A stretch of DNA of 64,000 bases, taken from the NCBI GenBank assembly GCA_965197905.1, contig CBDAOB010000005.1, positions 480,001 to 544,000 on the forward strand, read 5' to 3'. The position numbers and the translations under genes are program-made. This DNA comes from Candidatus Latescibacterota bacterium. GTDB lineage: Bacteria; Latescibacterota; UBA2968; UBA8231. The notes under the pieces were generated by a model, which was given only the letters and a program-made list of their open reading frames with translations, was not told where the DNA came from and made no database searches. This document shows, piece by piece, positions 19,530 to 29,959 of the stretch (its first letter is position 1; the number at the start of each line of letters is the position of its first letter).

Positions 19530-19902
19530 AGGTGAATCGAGCTTTGCCACCAGAGAAGACAAACGGAGAGAGAAGGTGGGGCAGGGCACACCGGTAAAGC
19601 TCCACTTCCAGGTGGGTGAAGACCCTTCGTCGAGCAGGTCGTTGAACGTCCGGTTCCACCTCTGGGAGCTCACCGCCAAAGACGAACTCCGAATAACCCT
19701 CAATGGCAACCCGCTGACAGGCCTAAGGCCCTCCGTGCAGCTGGGGGCGGACCCTTCAGGGTGCTGGCTTGAAGAATCGATTGCGAAGGATATGGTGCGG
19801 GCCGGGAACAACGAGGTCGAGGTTGTTCTCGAGCAGCGCAACGAAGCCGTGAGCTCGGAGCTGGTACTCGATGCCGTGCAGCTGGATATGCGGTGTTCCT
19901 GA
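19530..19902 (+). pseudogene. Orphan C-terminal beta-sandwich fragment of an unrelated gene
   Basis: LHFQVGED...LRITLNG..L...VRAGNNEVEVVL..RN.....LVLDAVQL reads as real protein but has no start or RBS, and abuts the truncated dehydrogenase. Confidence 0.5.
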
Positions 19903-19956
19903 AGCGGTAGAAATCGCTCGCAGTGGGTAACGTTCCGCGCTGTCACGATAACCCAC

Positions 19957-22548
19957 TCAGTCGATCGCTTCCATTTCCACTGTTTCCACGGGTCGATCGG
20001 ATCGTTCCAAGATATATGTGGCCCCCGCCTTCGTCGGCGTCTCCAGCGTCCATCTGCCGCTCTGGTCTGCCGCCAGGTCCACCGTTTTGGCGTCCTGCCT
20101 TGAGAACCGACAGACCATCGCTTCGAATACCACCTCACCGTTGTCCAGACACCGCAACCTGACAAGCAGTGGCTCGCCCTCGCCGAACGGCGAGGCGATG
20201 CGGAGGTTCTGGCCGGCCAGGCTGTGGACAACGGCGTACGGAATCTCCGATCCCCGCTTCTCGGACGTAATCAGAAATGCGCCGGCGGTACGCAATGAGT
20301 GGAAGCGAGCGGACACGTCCCGGGGAACGCCGGGGAAAAGGTGAATGGTGCCTCCCAGACTCAGCAACAACATGTCGTTGAGGGCGCGTCCCATCCCCGG
20401 CGCGTGATCGACCATGAACTTGGGGTTCTCCCAGCTGCGACGGAAGCCAAGGGTCGGCTCCGCCGCGATTCGCGCCAACCTCTGAGCCTCCTCGGGCAAT
20501 CCCAGTCGAACGGCATTGGCCGTGAAATAACCACACCAGTCGCGTTCCATGTCGAAGAGCGAGATTCCATGTTCGCGCTCTTGGTGAGCGGCGGCGACCG
20601 CTCTTTCATACCACTGTCGCGATCCGTGATACAAACTCACCTGCTCGAACGGAAAGACGGGACAGGTCAGCCAGGGCCCATGAGCTTTTTTGAAGAGGGG
20701 AGGTTTGTCTTCGAACGCCTTCCAGGCGTTTGTCTCGACATCGACCGGAAAGTCGGGCAAGCGTGCCAGACGCCGCGTCCAACGCCCGCGGTCGGATGTG
20801 TCGTTGCCCAGTATTTCCGCCGCCGCGAGTGTTAGCTCCCACAGTCGTCGCACGGCCGCCAGGTCGTACTGAGAATTCACCCCCCAGCCCTCCAGACTGC
20901 CGGTATTTACCTCCCAGCAGATGGATGGGGCGATCCTTCCCCGGTCGTCGTGGAACGACAGGTAGTCTTCCGAGAACCGAGTAACCTCTCGCAGCAGTGG
21001 ATATCCCCATTCCTGCAGATAATCCAAGTCACCGCTGTACTCGTAGTAGTCCCAGAACAGGGACGCCAGCCAGCATGCCGGACTCATGGAGGCGAGGAGG
21101 GGGAGGACCGTCGCGTTGCCGGTGGGGTTTCCGAAGACGTCGCAGGAGTGCGGCAAGTACGACCCTTCCATCTCGAAGAACTCCCGCGTGTCGCGCTGGC
21201 ACCGGGGCAGGATACTCAGGTAGAACGCCAGCAATGGCTCCACGAGGTCGAGCCGGTTGGCGGTGAAGCAGCTCCAGTAGGTCGCCTGGATATTGAGGTT
21301 GGCGTGGTAGTCAGCGCGCCAAGCCGGTTGGTGCTCCTTGATCCAGGCTCCTTGCAGACCAGGAGAGTGTTTACCGGCACGCAGACATGACCCGCAGATG
21401 TACAGGGCCCGGTACCAGCCTCGCTCTGCATCTTCGTCGTCGATGGCCACGTAACCACGGTTCCAGTAAAACCTCCACCATTCAGCATGGCGTTTTTCCA
21501 CCTCGTCCGCACCGTCCTCGACTGCGGTTTGCAATCTGCTGCCAGCCAGGGCCGCCGGGTCTTGGGCGTCAAGTTCCGTGACAACCGTCGAATAGATAAC
21601 CAGTTCGCCGTCTGCCAGATCAACGTCCCCAAGAAAGCGGTGGCCGGCCTGCTGCCAGTTCAGATCGTGGTCGCCCCGGATTCCGATTACGTAGGAATCG
21701 CCGGCGGGCAAACGATAACGGAGCAAAAGGGTGGAATCTGCGACGGAAACCTCCGGCGCCGGCACGTCTGCCTCGGGGCTGCGGGAGTATTCGATTCCCA
21801 CCGGTCCCAGCGGATAGACGCCGGGTGTCAGGCGAGTGAGTAAAACCTCGTGCGGCTGGGATACCAACGCGCGGATAGTGGTCGGCGCGCCTCGCGCCCG
21901 CTGACCTTGCTGGTATTGGCCGGCGGGCAAGAACGTGGTTTCGCTGGTTGCGCGGTAAAGGTTGTGGTGTTGGGAACAACGGGCGTTGATAGCAGCTTCG
22001 GCGACTCGCAGTCGCAGCACCCCTGCTGGCATAAAGCAGGGCAACGGATAGGTGGGCAGGGTGGCAGCCAAGCGCAGATACTCTTCCTCATCTTGCGACT
22101 CGTAACACCGACGCAACTCTGCGAACGTGCACTGGGGCAGGAATCCGCGGCCGGGATCTCGTCGGTCCCACAAGTCCGTTTTGCCGAACACCATCGACAG
22201 GTTGTCTGGAAAGCCGTGAACCGCCACGCCCAGATCACCGTTACCAAGCATCGCACCACGGGTCCAATCCGCCGAAGGTCCGTACGGCTCGCCCCAGGTT
22301 AGATCGTGTCGTCCAACTCTCGACTCCAGATCAAGGGTCCAGCGCGCCTGCTTTTGCGGGAGCGTTTCCGTGGGAAGGGATCGCACAATCAGAGGCCGTG
22401 GGGTTTGCGGCAGGTTTCCGGCAGCGAATTCGTTGGCCGCCGCGCCTTGGATAGCACGTCGCAACATCTCCGTGCGACCGGAGTCTGTCGGCAGGGCACG
22501 TCGGGCGCGCTCACTCCACTGGCGTACGAGGTCAGCTTTGGAGGTCAT
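19957..22548 (-). CDS. Glycoside hydrolase family 95-like (alpha-L-fucosidase/galactosidase fold)
   Basis: MLGNGDLG, DLWD, PGLQGAW..W.ADYHANLNIQ..YW....N, WDYYEYSGD..YL...YPLL, LLLS..G.IHLFP; no signal peptide. Confidence 0.8.
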   Translation of the reverse strand: MTSKADLVRQWSERARRALPTDSGRTEMLRRAIQGAAANEFAAGNLPQTPRPLIVRSLPTETLPQKQARWTLDLESRVGRHDLTWGEPYGPSADWTRGAMLGNGDLGVAVHGFPDNLSMVFGKTDLWDRRDPGRGFLPQCTFAELRRCYESQDEEEYLRLAATLPTYPLPCFMPAGVLRLRVAEAAINARCSQHHNLYRATSETTFLPAGQYQQGQRARGAPTTIRALVSQPHEVLLTRLTPGVYPLGPVGIEYSRSPEADVPAPEVSVADSTLLLRYRLPAGDSYVIGIRGDHDLNWQQAGHRFLGDVDLADGELVIYSTVVTELDAQDPAALAGSRLQTAVEDGADEVEKRHAEWWRFYWNRGYVAIDDEDAERGWYRALYICGSCLRAGKHSPGLQGAWIKEHQPAWRADYHANLNIQATYWSCFTANRLDLVEPLLAFYLSILPRCQRDTREFFEMEGSYLPHSCDVFGNPTGNATVLPLLASMSPACWLASLFWDYYEYSGDLDYLQEWGYPLLREVTRFSEDYLSFHDDRGRIAPSICWEVNTGSLEGWGVNSQYDLAAVRRLWELTLAAAEILGNDTSDRGRWTRRLARLPDFPVDVETNAWKAFEDKPPLFKKAHGPWLTCPVFPFEQVSLYHGSRQWYERAVAAAHQEREHGISLFDMERDWCGYFTANAVRLGLPEEAQRLARIAAEPTLGFRRSWENPKFMVDHAPGMGRALNDMLLLSLGGTIHLFPGVPRDVSARFHSLRTAGAFLITSEKRGSEIPYAVVHSLAGQNLRIASPFGEGEPLLVRLRCLDNGEVVFEAMVCRFSRQDAKTVDLAADQSGRWTLETPTKAGATYILERSDRPVETVEMEAID

Positions 22549-22561
22549 CTTCGAGCCGTTG

Positions 22562-22591
22562 TTGGAAGTCGCGCATACGACTTAGTATAAT
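22562..22591 (+). promoter_or_regulatory. Possible sigma70-type promoter of the sulfatase-family gene
   Basis: TTGGAA-N18-TATAAT, 44 nt upstream of the ATG at 22636. Confidence 0.4.
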
Positions 22592-22635
22592 TCAACAATT
22601 CCCCTGTTCCCACCATTCCAGCGAGACTCGACCCA

Positions 22636-24147
22636 ATGGCCAAACCGAAGAATGTGCTACTCATCATCGCAGACCAGTGGCGTGCAGACTGTTTGGGGAG
22701 CGCGGGCAACAGGGTGATTCAAACACCGAACCTCGACAGATTGGCAGCTGAAGGCACGCACTTTACCTCCTGCTTCAATCAAACGGCGCCGTGCGGCCCC
22801 AGTCGCATGTGTATCTATACCGGTCGTTACATGTGTTCAACGCGTTCGGCTCACAACTGCACGCCGCTGGAGAACGCCGAAGAGAATTTCGGTTTCGTGC
22901 TGCGCAGCGCCGGTTACGATCCGGGTCTCATCGGCTACAACGACTATGGCATCGATCCGTCGATCTTGCCGGATAGCGATTTTCGCACCCATTCCTTGAA
23001 CTATGCAAACGTCCTACCGGGCATCGAACGGGTGCTCTATCACGAGTACGACAGTCCCGAGTATTTCGCGTCACTGCGGCAGAAGGGGTATCCGGAAGAG
23101 TTGCTCAATCACAGAGCGATCCACCTCCCGAACGTGCCCGCCGAAGGTCCAAGCGAGCATCTGGACTCTTATTTTCCGGCAAAATACAAGAGGGAAGACA
23201 GCGAGTGCCGTTACCTGACCGAAACGGCCATCGAGTACGTAACGCAGCGCGGGGAACGGGGAGACGCCCGAGGTTGGGCGCTGAGTCTCAACTACATCAA
23301 ACCCCACCCTCCCAACGTCTGCTGCGATCCGTACCATCGCATGTACATGGATGCAGATTTTCCAGCTGCCGCCCGCAACCCACGGGAGATCGAGACACCC
23401 CACCCCTACTGGCAATTTCATTGGAACAAACTGAGTGAGCCCGATCTGACCAACGAGCGTCATCGGCACGAGTATGCCGCCGCCTACTACGGCATGATCA
23501 GCGAGGTCGACGAAAATCTAGGGTTGCTCTTCCAAACTTTGAAGGATTCGGGCCAATGGGAAGACACCTTGATCGTGTTTACATCGGACCATGGGGAATA
23601 CTTGGGAGACCATTACTTGACTGGCAAGGGTCATTTCTACGACGGCTCCCTGCACATTCCGTGTCTGGTTCGAGATCCCTCACCAGCGGCCGACGGTACC
23701 CGCGGCCAGCACCTGGATCCCTTGGTGGAATCCGTCGATGTTGCTCCCACCATTCTCCAGTGGACCGGTACCGAGATTCCCGATGTGGTGCAGGGGCGAA
23801 GTCTGCTGCCAGCGGTTCGCGGAGAGCCATATGTCGAGAAAACTGAAGTCTTCCACGAATACGATTACCGGCAGGGGGTGCTGCGGGTGGACCGGAGCGC
23901 GGATCCGGATAAACACATGGCCTGGGTGGTGCGCGACCGGGCGGTCAAATACGTGCAGTTCGCCGACCCGGACATGCCCCCATTGCTATTCGACCTAGCC
24001 GCCGATCCAGCCGAACTAGAGAATCTGGCAGCCAGGGAAAGTCACACACCCACCGTGGCAACCTATTGTCAGAAACTGTTGCGCTGGCGCATGTACAACG
24101 AAGACCAGCGCATGGAACACTGGGCGCAACAGCTCTGGTTCCAATAA
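22636..24147 (+). CDS. Formylglycine-dependent sulfatase-superfamily hydrolase, phosphonate monoester hydrolase-like
   Basis: ADQWRAD, TPNLDRLA.EG, CGPSR...YTG, GYDP.LIGY, PHPP, TSDHGE.LGDH...GK, KYV.FA...PPLLFDL.ADP.E. Confidence 0.85.
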   Translation: MAKPKNVLLIIADQWRADCLGSAGNRVIQTPNLDRLAAEGTHFTSCFNQTAPCGPSRMCIYTGRYMCSTRSAHNCTPLENAEENFGFVLRSAGYDPGLIGYNDYGIDPSILPDSDFRTHSLNYANVLPGIERVLYHEYDSPEYFASLRQKGYPEELLNHRAIHLPNVPAEGPSEHLDSYFPAKYKREDSECRYLTETAIEYVTQRGERGDARGWALSLNYIKPHPPNVCCDPYHRMYMDADFPAAARNPREIETPHPYWQFHWNKLSEPDLTNERHRHEYAAAYYGMISEVDENLGLLFQTLKDSGQWEDTLIVFTSDHGEYLGDHYLTGKGHFYDGSLHIPCLVRDPSPAADGTRGQHLDPLVESVDVAPTILQWTGTEIPDVVQGRSLLPAVRGEPYVEKTEVFHEYDYRQGVLRVDRSADPDKHMAWVVRDRAVKYVQFADPDMPPLLFDLAADPAELENLAARESHTPTVATYCQKLLRWRMYNEDQRMEHWAQQLWFQ

Positions 24148-24218
24148 GCCACTCGCGTTGCAGCCGGATTTCGCGACAATTCCTCGGCCTCGCGACAAAA
24201 CGCATTTCACCACGCCCC

Positions 24219-25135
24219 CTAGGCAAGCCACTCCGGGTAGCGGTCCCGCATGTTCTTCATGACCGCTTCGTACACCTCCATATCGAAGCACTTGTACGGC
24301 GATAGCAGGCGCAGCGGCATATCGATGCCGCTGCCGCGCACGATCATCTTGTCGTAACAGCCGTCGATACCCTCACGGGCAAGCGTCGGCACGTCGAAGT
24401 CAGTCATCACCCGTTCGTACTCCGCCAGCATCGGAAACAGTTTGTCCCAGTTCTTGTCGACACCGTACTGAAAGAACTCCTTGGTCTTGCTGGGAAACAG
24501 TCCGCCGTAGGAGCTCAATAGGGAACACTCACCGTAAAGGCAGCCAATGGGAAATCCCAACTCCCCGTAAAAGTGCTGCAACTCGGGCGCATTGGTGGCG
24601 AGGTTTGCCACGTCGCCGATGTCCGAGCGACAGTTCTTGGTGCCGGCGATATTCGGAATGGCATCGGCCAGGCGCCGGTAGTCCTCGCCCCGCAGCAGCC
24701 TCCGGCCTCGGGGCAAGTTGTAATGAATGAAGCGACAATCCGGAAACGTTCCGCACACGTCGCCGAAGTAGATCATGTATTCCTCGTCGTCCAGTTCACC
24801 CCACGGCGTCAGGGCGATTTGAAACGTGCGGATTCCCAGGTCGTGGGCAAAAGAAATGCGCTCTACCACCTGGCCCGTGGACATGCCAATGATGCCTACC
24901 ATCGGATATACGTCTGGTTTGTCCACCTCCTCTTGAAAGATCTCCACGATCTGCTTGAACTGCGACAGGGTTACGGCATACCCTTCGCCCGCCGTACCAA
25001 AGATGTACAGGTGATTGAAACCCTTGTTGAGTGTCGCCCTGACCTCGCTGCGAAAGACTCCTCCAGGAGCTCTTCGTTGTCGTTCCACGGGATTTCGCAA
25101 CTGACCAGCAGCGCCTGAGGGTAGCGCATCTCCAT
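24219..25135 (-). pseudogene. Dihydrodipicolinate synthase/N-acetylneuraminate lyase family aldolase, split by a 1-nt deletion (or sequencing error)
   Basis: GGAGG RBS, then MEMRYPQALLVSCEIPW...EELLE; continues in another frame as VFRSEV...FGTAGEG..IHYNLP..GTKN; shift at ~25058-25063. Confidence 0.75.
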
Positions 25136-25473
25136 TGTGACCTCCGCTTTAACGAGTTTTAGAACCGACCGGAATATAACATCCGCCTCTCCGTGATCCA
25201 GAAAGGGTTTTCGTCCGGGGTTCCATTGTTTTCGGGCCAATCTTGTTCCTATTTTCAACAGAGCGCCCCAAAACAGAGATCAGATGCGCGATAGAATACT
25301 CTTCCTGCTGCTACTGACACCGCCGATTGTTCATGCAAGCGAGGCCGTCGACTATCCGGATCTGCAGCAAGTATCGACGCGCAACCTACTCCTGAAACGG
25401 CAACTGCCCAGCTACCAGGTTTCCGGACGCCCCGATAGGGCACAACATTTCCGCCGGCCGTAATGCGGTCTCC

Positions 25474-26319
25474 GTGGATGCCACCGGGGTTTTCCCGGGC
25501 CAGGATGAGGATCAGGATGGCTGGCCCGACACCAACCGCAACTTCGACGAGATTCCGGATTATGACGAGCCGTTTCTCATGTTCTATGTGGAACCGAACG
25601 AATACGTCTACGGCCTCGACCGCAACAACAATACTGAACCGGACGTGCGCGAGGACGACCGCGAGGTGGATTATCCGTACGATCCGCTGGCCTTCCAGAA
25701 AAGCTTCGTGAACGATACCTACCTCGAAGGTGTGTTCGAGCCGCTGCCGTTGCTTTATTTGACTCAGAAATGGCGTTTGCGGCTGAACTGGCAGAAAGGC
25801 GGCGAGCTACCTGGCGGCGCTACCCAGCGCCGCCGGCGCCTGGACTTCGGCACCTCCGTAAGCAAGCTGCAGTACTCCCTGCATTTCGGTCGCTTGGAGA
25901 TTTCTCCGCAGTTCAAGCTGCTCTTCTTGAAGCTGATCGACCGGGATGCGGACCGCCGACCGAACGGGGGCTACAGTAGCCGCGACCTGCGCTCCGAATA
26001 CCACCTCATACCTATCGTTCGCCTGCGATACGCGCTGCTCGAGCGCACCAGCTTGCGCCTCGGAATCCAGGGGATTGGGCCACTGCCCTATCGCCTGAAG
26101 GATTCGGTCCGCTCCCGGGAGAGTCTGGAGCGCCGCACCACTACGCTCACCCTCACTAACCGATCCCGATACTTCGGCTACGACCTCTACACGATCGTGG
26201 GCATGGGCCGCGATCAACGAGAGTTCGCCGACACCTTTCGCCGCGCCGAGGAATTCGATCGCCTCAACATCTTCGTCCGCGCGCTCATCGGGTTCACCGG
26301 ATACGGGGTGCTCCTTTGA
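25474..26319 (+). pseudogene. Family A remnant lacking the N-terminal part, with an in-frame internal deletion
   Basis: Begins inside the Asp-rich block; YPYD is joined directly to PLAFQ (about 111 codons missing relative to 9252); no signal peptide. Confidence 0.75.
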
Positions 26320-26320
26320 G

Positions 26321-28264
26321 GTGCGTTTGAACAGCGACGCACCGTTGAGCCAAAATCGCTCAATTACCCTGCGCGCTTTTCTGCTGGGTCTGATCACATG
26401 CGCCGGGATTCTCTACTTCATCATCCAGGTGGGCCAGGGCTTGAAGTCGGGCAACTTCGTCAAGTCCCAGTACCCCATCGTAGCGTTCATGCCATTCGTG
26501 TTGTGGCTCTTTCTCAATACCTTGCTCAAACGGTTGTGGCCTTTCGTAGCGCTGCGCCAGGGGGAGCTGCTGGCGATCTTTGCCATGCTGTGGGTGGTGG
26601 GTACCATGCCGCAGCTGGGCTGGGCCACCTACTGGACGAGCACCCTAGCGCATCCCGTCTTTCATGCTACGCCGGAGAATCGATATGCCGAACTCCTCCT
26701 GCAGTACCTTCCCTGGCACGTGCTCCCCGACGCGTCACCGAGGGTGACCGAGCGGCTCTGGCTCGGGCTTCCGGAAGGTATGGATATTCCGTGGGACGGG
26801 TGGTACCGTCCCTTGGGACATTGGCTGGCAGTCTCAGTGGCGATGGTTGTGTTCGGATTCTGTCTGATGGTTCTGTTCCAGAAGCAGTGGGAGCACGTGG
26901 AAAAGCTGGCCTTCCCCCTGGCCCAGATGCCGCGGGATTTGACAGAAGGATTCGACGGATCAGGACGCATGCCAGAGTTGTTCCGATCGCGGCTGTTCTG
27001 GATCGGATTCGCCGTGGTTTTCTCGGTTTTCTGCTACAACATCATCACGTATTTCACGCCGGGTATGACGCCGGCCACCATCTACTGGAAGCGCTACAGC
27101 CTGGAATTCGGGGAGTACCACCCGGTGTCGATCCGGATCCAGCCGCTGGTGATGGCGTTTACCTACCTGTGCCCGCTAGACATCCTTGCCAGCCTGATCC
27201 TGTTCTATTTGATCCACATGCTCAAATTCGGATTCATGCAACGATTCGGCGTGGCGCTTGGAGAGGCTGGTCAGGAGCTCCCACCGTGGGAGATTCTGTC
27301 GTTGGAAGCGAACGGCGCTCTTTTCCTGGTGGCAGTGTGGTCGATCTGGATCGCCCGCGGGCACCTAAGCCAGGTCTGGCACCTGGTGAGAACGGGGAGG
27401 GGCGAAAAGCATGAGGTCATTCGCTATCGGCTCGCTCTCGCGGGAATACTGCTATCGGCACTGTTCACGATCGCCTGGGGCGTCAATCTGGGAATGAGCG
27501 CTTCGACGGCGACCCTGGCATTTGGCCTCATCGCCCTATCCTATTTCGTGACGGTGAAGCTGATCGCCGCCACTGGTTTTGGACCCGCTTTTCCGCGTTA
27601 CGAAAAAGGCACCCTGATCGTCGAGGATTTGATCGGCTCAAGCCACCTTTCGCCGCGGGGGTTGGTGGCCTTCGAACTGTTCTCCAGCCCCGCTTTTTTT
27701 GGTGGTGGCCGTATCCAAACCTGGACGACTATTACACACTACCTGCGATTGTTCTCTCTGCGCCGGCAGCCCGTGTGGGTGCCGCTGGCGATTCTGGCGA
27801 CCTTTGTGTTCGGGTTTCTGGTAGCCGTCGGCAATACCATATCACTGGCGTACAACGACGGCGGGGCACTTCACCTCCATGCCCACGGACAGGGGGTGTA
27901 CGACCACATGGTGAGACTTCTGGAGAATCCCAAGTCATCCGATCTGGCAAAGTGGGGAGTTTGGTTGTGGGGCTTTTTCGAAGCGGGCATCCTTGCGTTC
28001 ATGCGCAGTCGTTTCCATTGGTTTCCGTTCCATCCGATCGGATTGGCCCTGCAAAACAGCATCGGCTCCCAACTCTACTGGGTCCCCTTGGCGCTGGTTC
28101 TGGTCGTAAAGGCGATTCTGTTGCGCTATGGTGGTGTTCAGGCATTCGTGGCCGGCAAGCCTTTCTTCTACGGTTTGGGAGTAGCATACGTCGCCGGTGT
28201 CGTCGCTTCCCTTTGCGTCGATCTAGTCTGGTTCCCTGTCGGCCACGTCGTGCACGGGTGGTAG
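26321..28264 (+). CDS. DUF6785/DUF6784-like polytopic membrane protein (putative transporter), copy 1
   Basis: 647 aa with many TM helices; ITLRAFLLG, ATPEN, KQW...EKL.FPLAQ.P, WFPFHPIG, LRYGG.......PFF.GL motifs. Confidence 0.75.
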   Translation: MRLNSDAPLSQNRSITLRAFLLGLITCAGILYFIIQVGQGLKSGNFVKSQYPIVAFMPFVLWLFLNTLLKRLWPFVALRQGELLAIFAMLWVVGTMPQLGWATYWTSTLAHPVFHATPENRYAELLLQYLPWHVLPDASPRVTERLWLGLPEGMDIPWDGWYRPLGHWLAVSVAMVVFGFCLMVLFQKQWEHVEKLAFPLAQMPRDLTEGFDGSGRMPELFRSRLFWIGFAVVFSVFCYNIITYFTPGMTPATIYWKRYSLEFGEYHPVSIRIQPLVMAFTYLCPLDILASLILFYLIHMLKFGFMQRFGVALGEAGQELPPWEILSLEANGALFLVAVWSIWIARGHLSQVWHLVRTGRGEKHEVIRYRLALAGILLSALFTIAWGVNLGMSASTATLAFGLIALSYFVTVKLIAATGFGPAFPRYEKGTLIVEDLIGSSHLSPRGLVAFELFSSPAFFGGGRIQTWTTITHYLRLFSLRRQPVWVPLAILATFVFGFLVAVGNTISLAYNDGGALHLHAHGQGVYDHMVRLLENPKSSDLAKWGVWLWGFFEAGILAFMRSRFHWFPFHPIGLALQNSIGSQLYWVPLALVLVVKAILLRYGGVQAFVAGKPFFYGLGVAYVAGVVASLCVDLVWFPVGHVVHGW

Positions 28265-28303
28265 GCTTCGCGTCAATGAGGTGTCTATCGAGTCTGCGTG
28301 ACG

Positions 28304-29824
28304 CTAGGCGAAGCGGTAGCCAAAAATCTTGGCGCTACAAAGCCGAATGCGCAGCTGCAGGTCCTTGCCCTCCAGTTCGGAAAGATTCTCTTTGCCCTTC
28401 CAACGGCAGCACGTCCAGATCTCGTCGCCGCGAATCGGAACGTGATCGTCGAAGGTGAATCCCACCACCGGCTTACTGACGCGGCGGTCCACCGCTTCCC
28501 ACAGCTCCACTTCCACGCTGCCCACCTGTTTGGTGCGGGCATTGATCTCGATATGACCGCCCTCGTACGTCACCCGTTGAGTGAAGAACTCGCCCTGGCT
28601 CGCGGCTTCGATGCCCGCCAGCCGACCCTCCTCCCACATAGCCCAGGCGAAACGCGCCGGGGACTCAATGTCTTCGTAGAATTGCCTGAAGCTCTCGTTG
28701 TGGGTCTCGCCCTCTCCTCGGTACGGCATCGCCAGAACGCCGTCCGGCAAACGGACGAGGTTGGGACACATGTAGACGGCGCCGCTGTCCCATTCCCCCA
28801 ACCTGCCTGGCTCCACGATCGGCTCATACGAGACCCAGTTGAACAACTTGCCGTCCGGACTGGTTGCCAGCCGGGTGTCCACCAGATCGCTGTCGTGATG
28901 ATAGATGGCTGAAAACAGGAACTTGACGGAGGGGTCGTCTGGGTACCAGGTAAACCCGTTGGTGTAGTAGTCGTCTGCTGGCGAGTCCATCGGCGTCGGA
29001 CAGATAACGACCTGGGCGGCGGGCCATTGGCGAAAGTCATCCGTCTCGCTGCGGCTTATCGCTCTGCCGTTCAATTTGCCTCGAACGAAGGCGACGTACT
29101 TCTTCAAGGTCGGATCCCAGCAACCGACGTTATGGGTGTCGTGGAAATCTCGCAGGAGCGGCTCGGGTAGTCGCGTCCAGTGATACCCGTCGGCGGAAAC
29201 ACAGCCGTACAAGCCGTATTTGAATTGAGGCTCGGTATCCTCAGGAACGTCGTGCAATCTGTCCCAGTGGAACGCCTTGTAGCGTTCGTCGGCAGGACCC
29301 GAATCGTCCCGGAATACGGCGGAAGAACCGCCATAGGGCGACACTATGTTGTTGGTTTTCGCTCCGCCGAAGGTGAAGATACCGAGTGAAGGCTTGACCC
29401 AATGTAAACCGTCTTCGCTTTCGGCGTAACACAACGCACCGCTACCGAAGTCCATCTCCTGCTCGCCGGCCATCACACGTCTGGCATCAGCCGCATCTTC
29501 CTTAGGGAATTTCACCAAGTACCAGCACCGAAACTTGCCATCTTCCTCGATTACGGTAAGCCAATTGATCGAGTCCTCCCACGGCTGATCAGCTTCCAGC
29601 CAGGGCGCCGACTTCGTGGCCTTTTCCACCGCGATCTGGACGCCGAAGGGGATCCTTAGGCGTTTCATCCCGTGACCGGAAAAGTCGCGATAGATGTCCC
29701 ACTCGCGCTCGTACCTCTCGACGAACTCCTTGCCCGCCTTCGACAGTCGATCGGCATCCAGGGTCACATCCATACGTCCCTTGTCCACGTGAACCCAGTC
29801 CAGAAAGAAGTAGGTGTTTCCCAT
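28304..29824 (-). CDS. Five-bladed beta-propeller glycoside-hydrolase-like protein
   Basis: FRCWY, CYAESEDGLHWVKP.LG, SADGYHW, HDTHN; paralog of 13870. Confidence 0.7.
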   Translation of the reverse strand: MGNTYFFLDWVHVDKGRMDVTLDADRLSKAGKEFVERYEREWDIYRDFSGHGMKRLRIPFGVQIAVEKATKSAPWLEADQPWEDSINWLTVIEEDGKFRCWYLVKFPKEDAADARRVMAGEQEMDFGSGALCYAESEDGLHWVKPSLGIFTFGGAKTNNIVSPYGGSSAVFRDDSGPADERYKAFHWDRLHDVPEDTEPQFKYGLYGCVSADGYHWTRLPEPLLRDFHDTHNVGCWDPTLKKYVAFVRGKLNGRAISRSETDDFRQWPAAQVVICPTPMDSPADDYYTNGFTWYPDDPSVKFLFSAIYHHDSDLVDTRLATSPDGKLFNWVSYEPIVEPGRLGEWDSGAVYMCPNLVRLPDGVLAMPYRGEGETHNESFRQFYEDIESPARFAWAMWEEGRLAGIEAASQGEFFTQRVTYEGGHIEINARTKQVGSVEVELWEAVDRRVSKPVVGFTFDDHVPIRGDEIWTCCRWKGKENLSELEGKDLQLRIRLCSAKIFGYRFA

Positions 29825-29959
29825 ATCTGATTCTCGCTTTTTTCGAGGTGTTGAGCACGGTACAGCTGAAAAGTTAGATTATATCGAATACGTAGTAAGT
29901 CAATGAATGGGCCTTGCTTCGCGGGCACCACGCTGTGGCTGGACGCTCCGTCTTACGGA

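Noticed and set aside
24168..24198. Direct repeat TCGCGACAA twice in a convergent intergenic gap
   Set aside because: Only 9 nt and two copies; compatible with chance.
25146..25470. Short ORFs in the gap between the aldolase and the family A remnant
   Set aside because: No recognisable protein features; probably promoter sequence plus decayed DNA.
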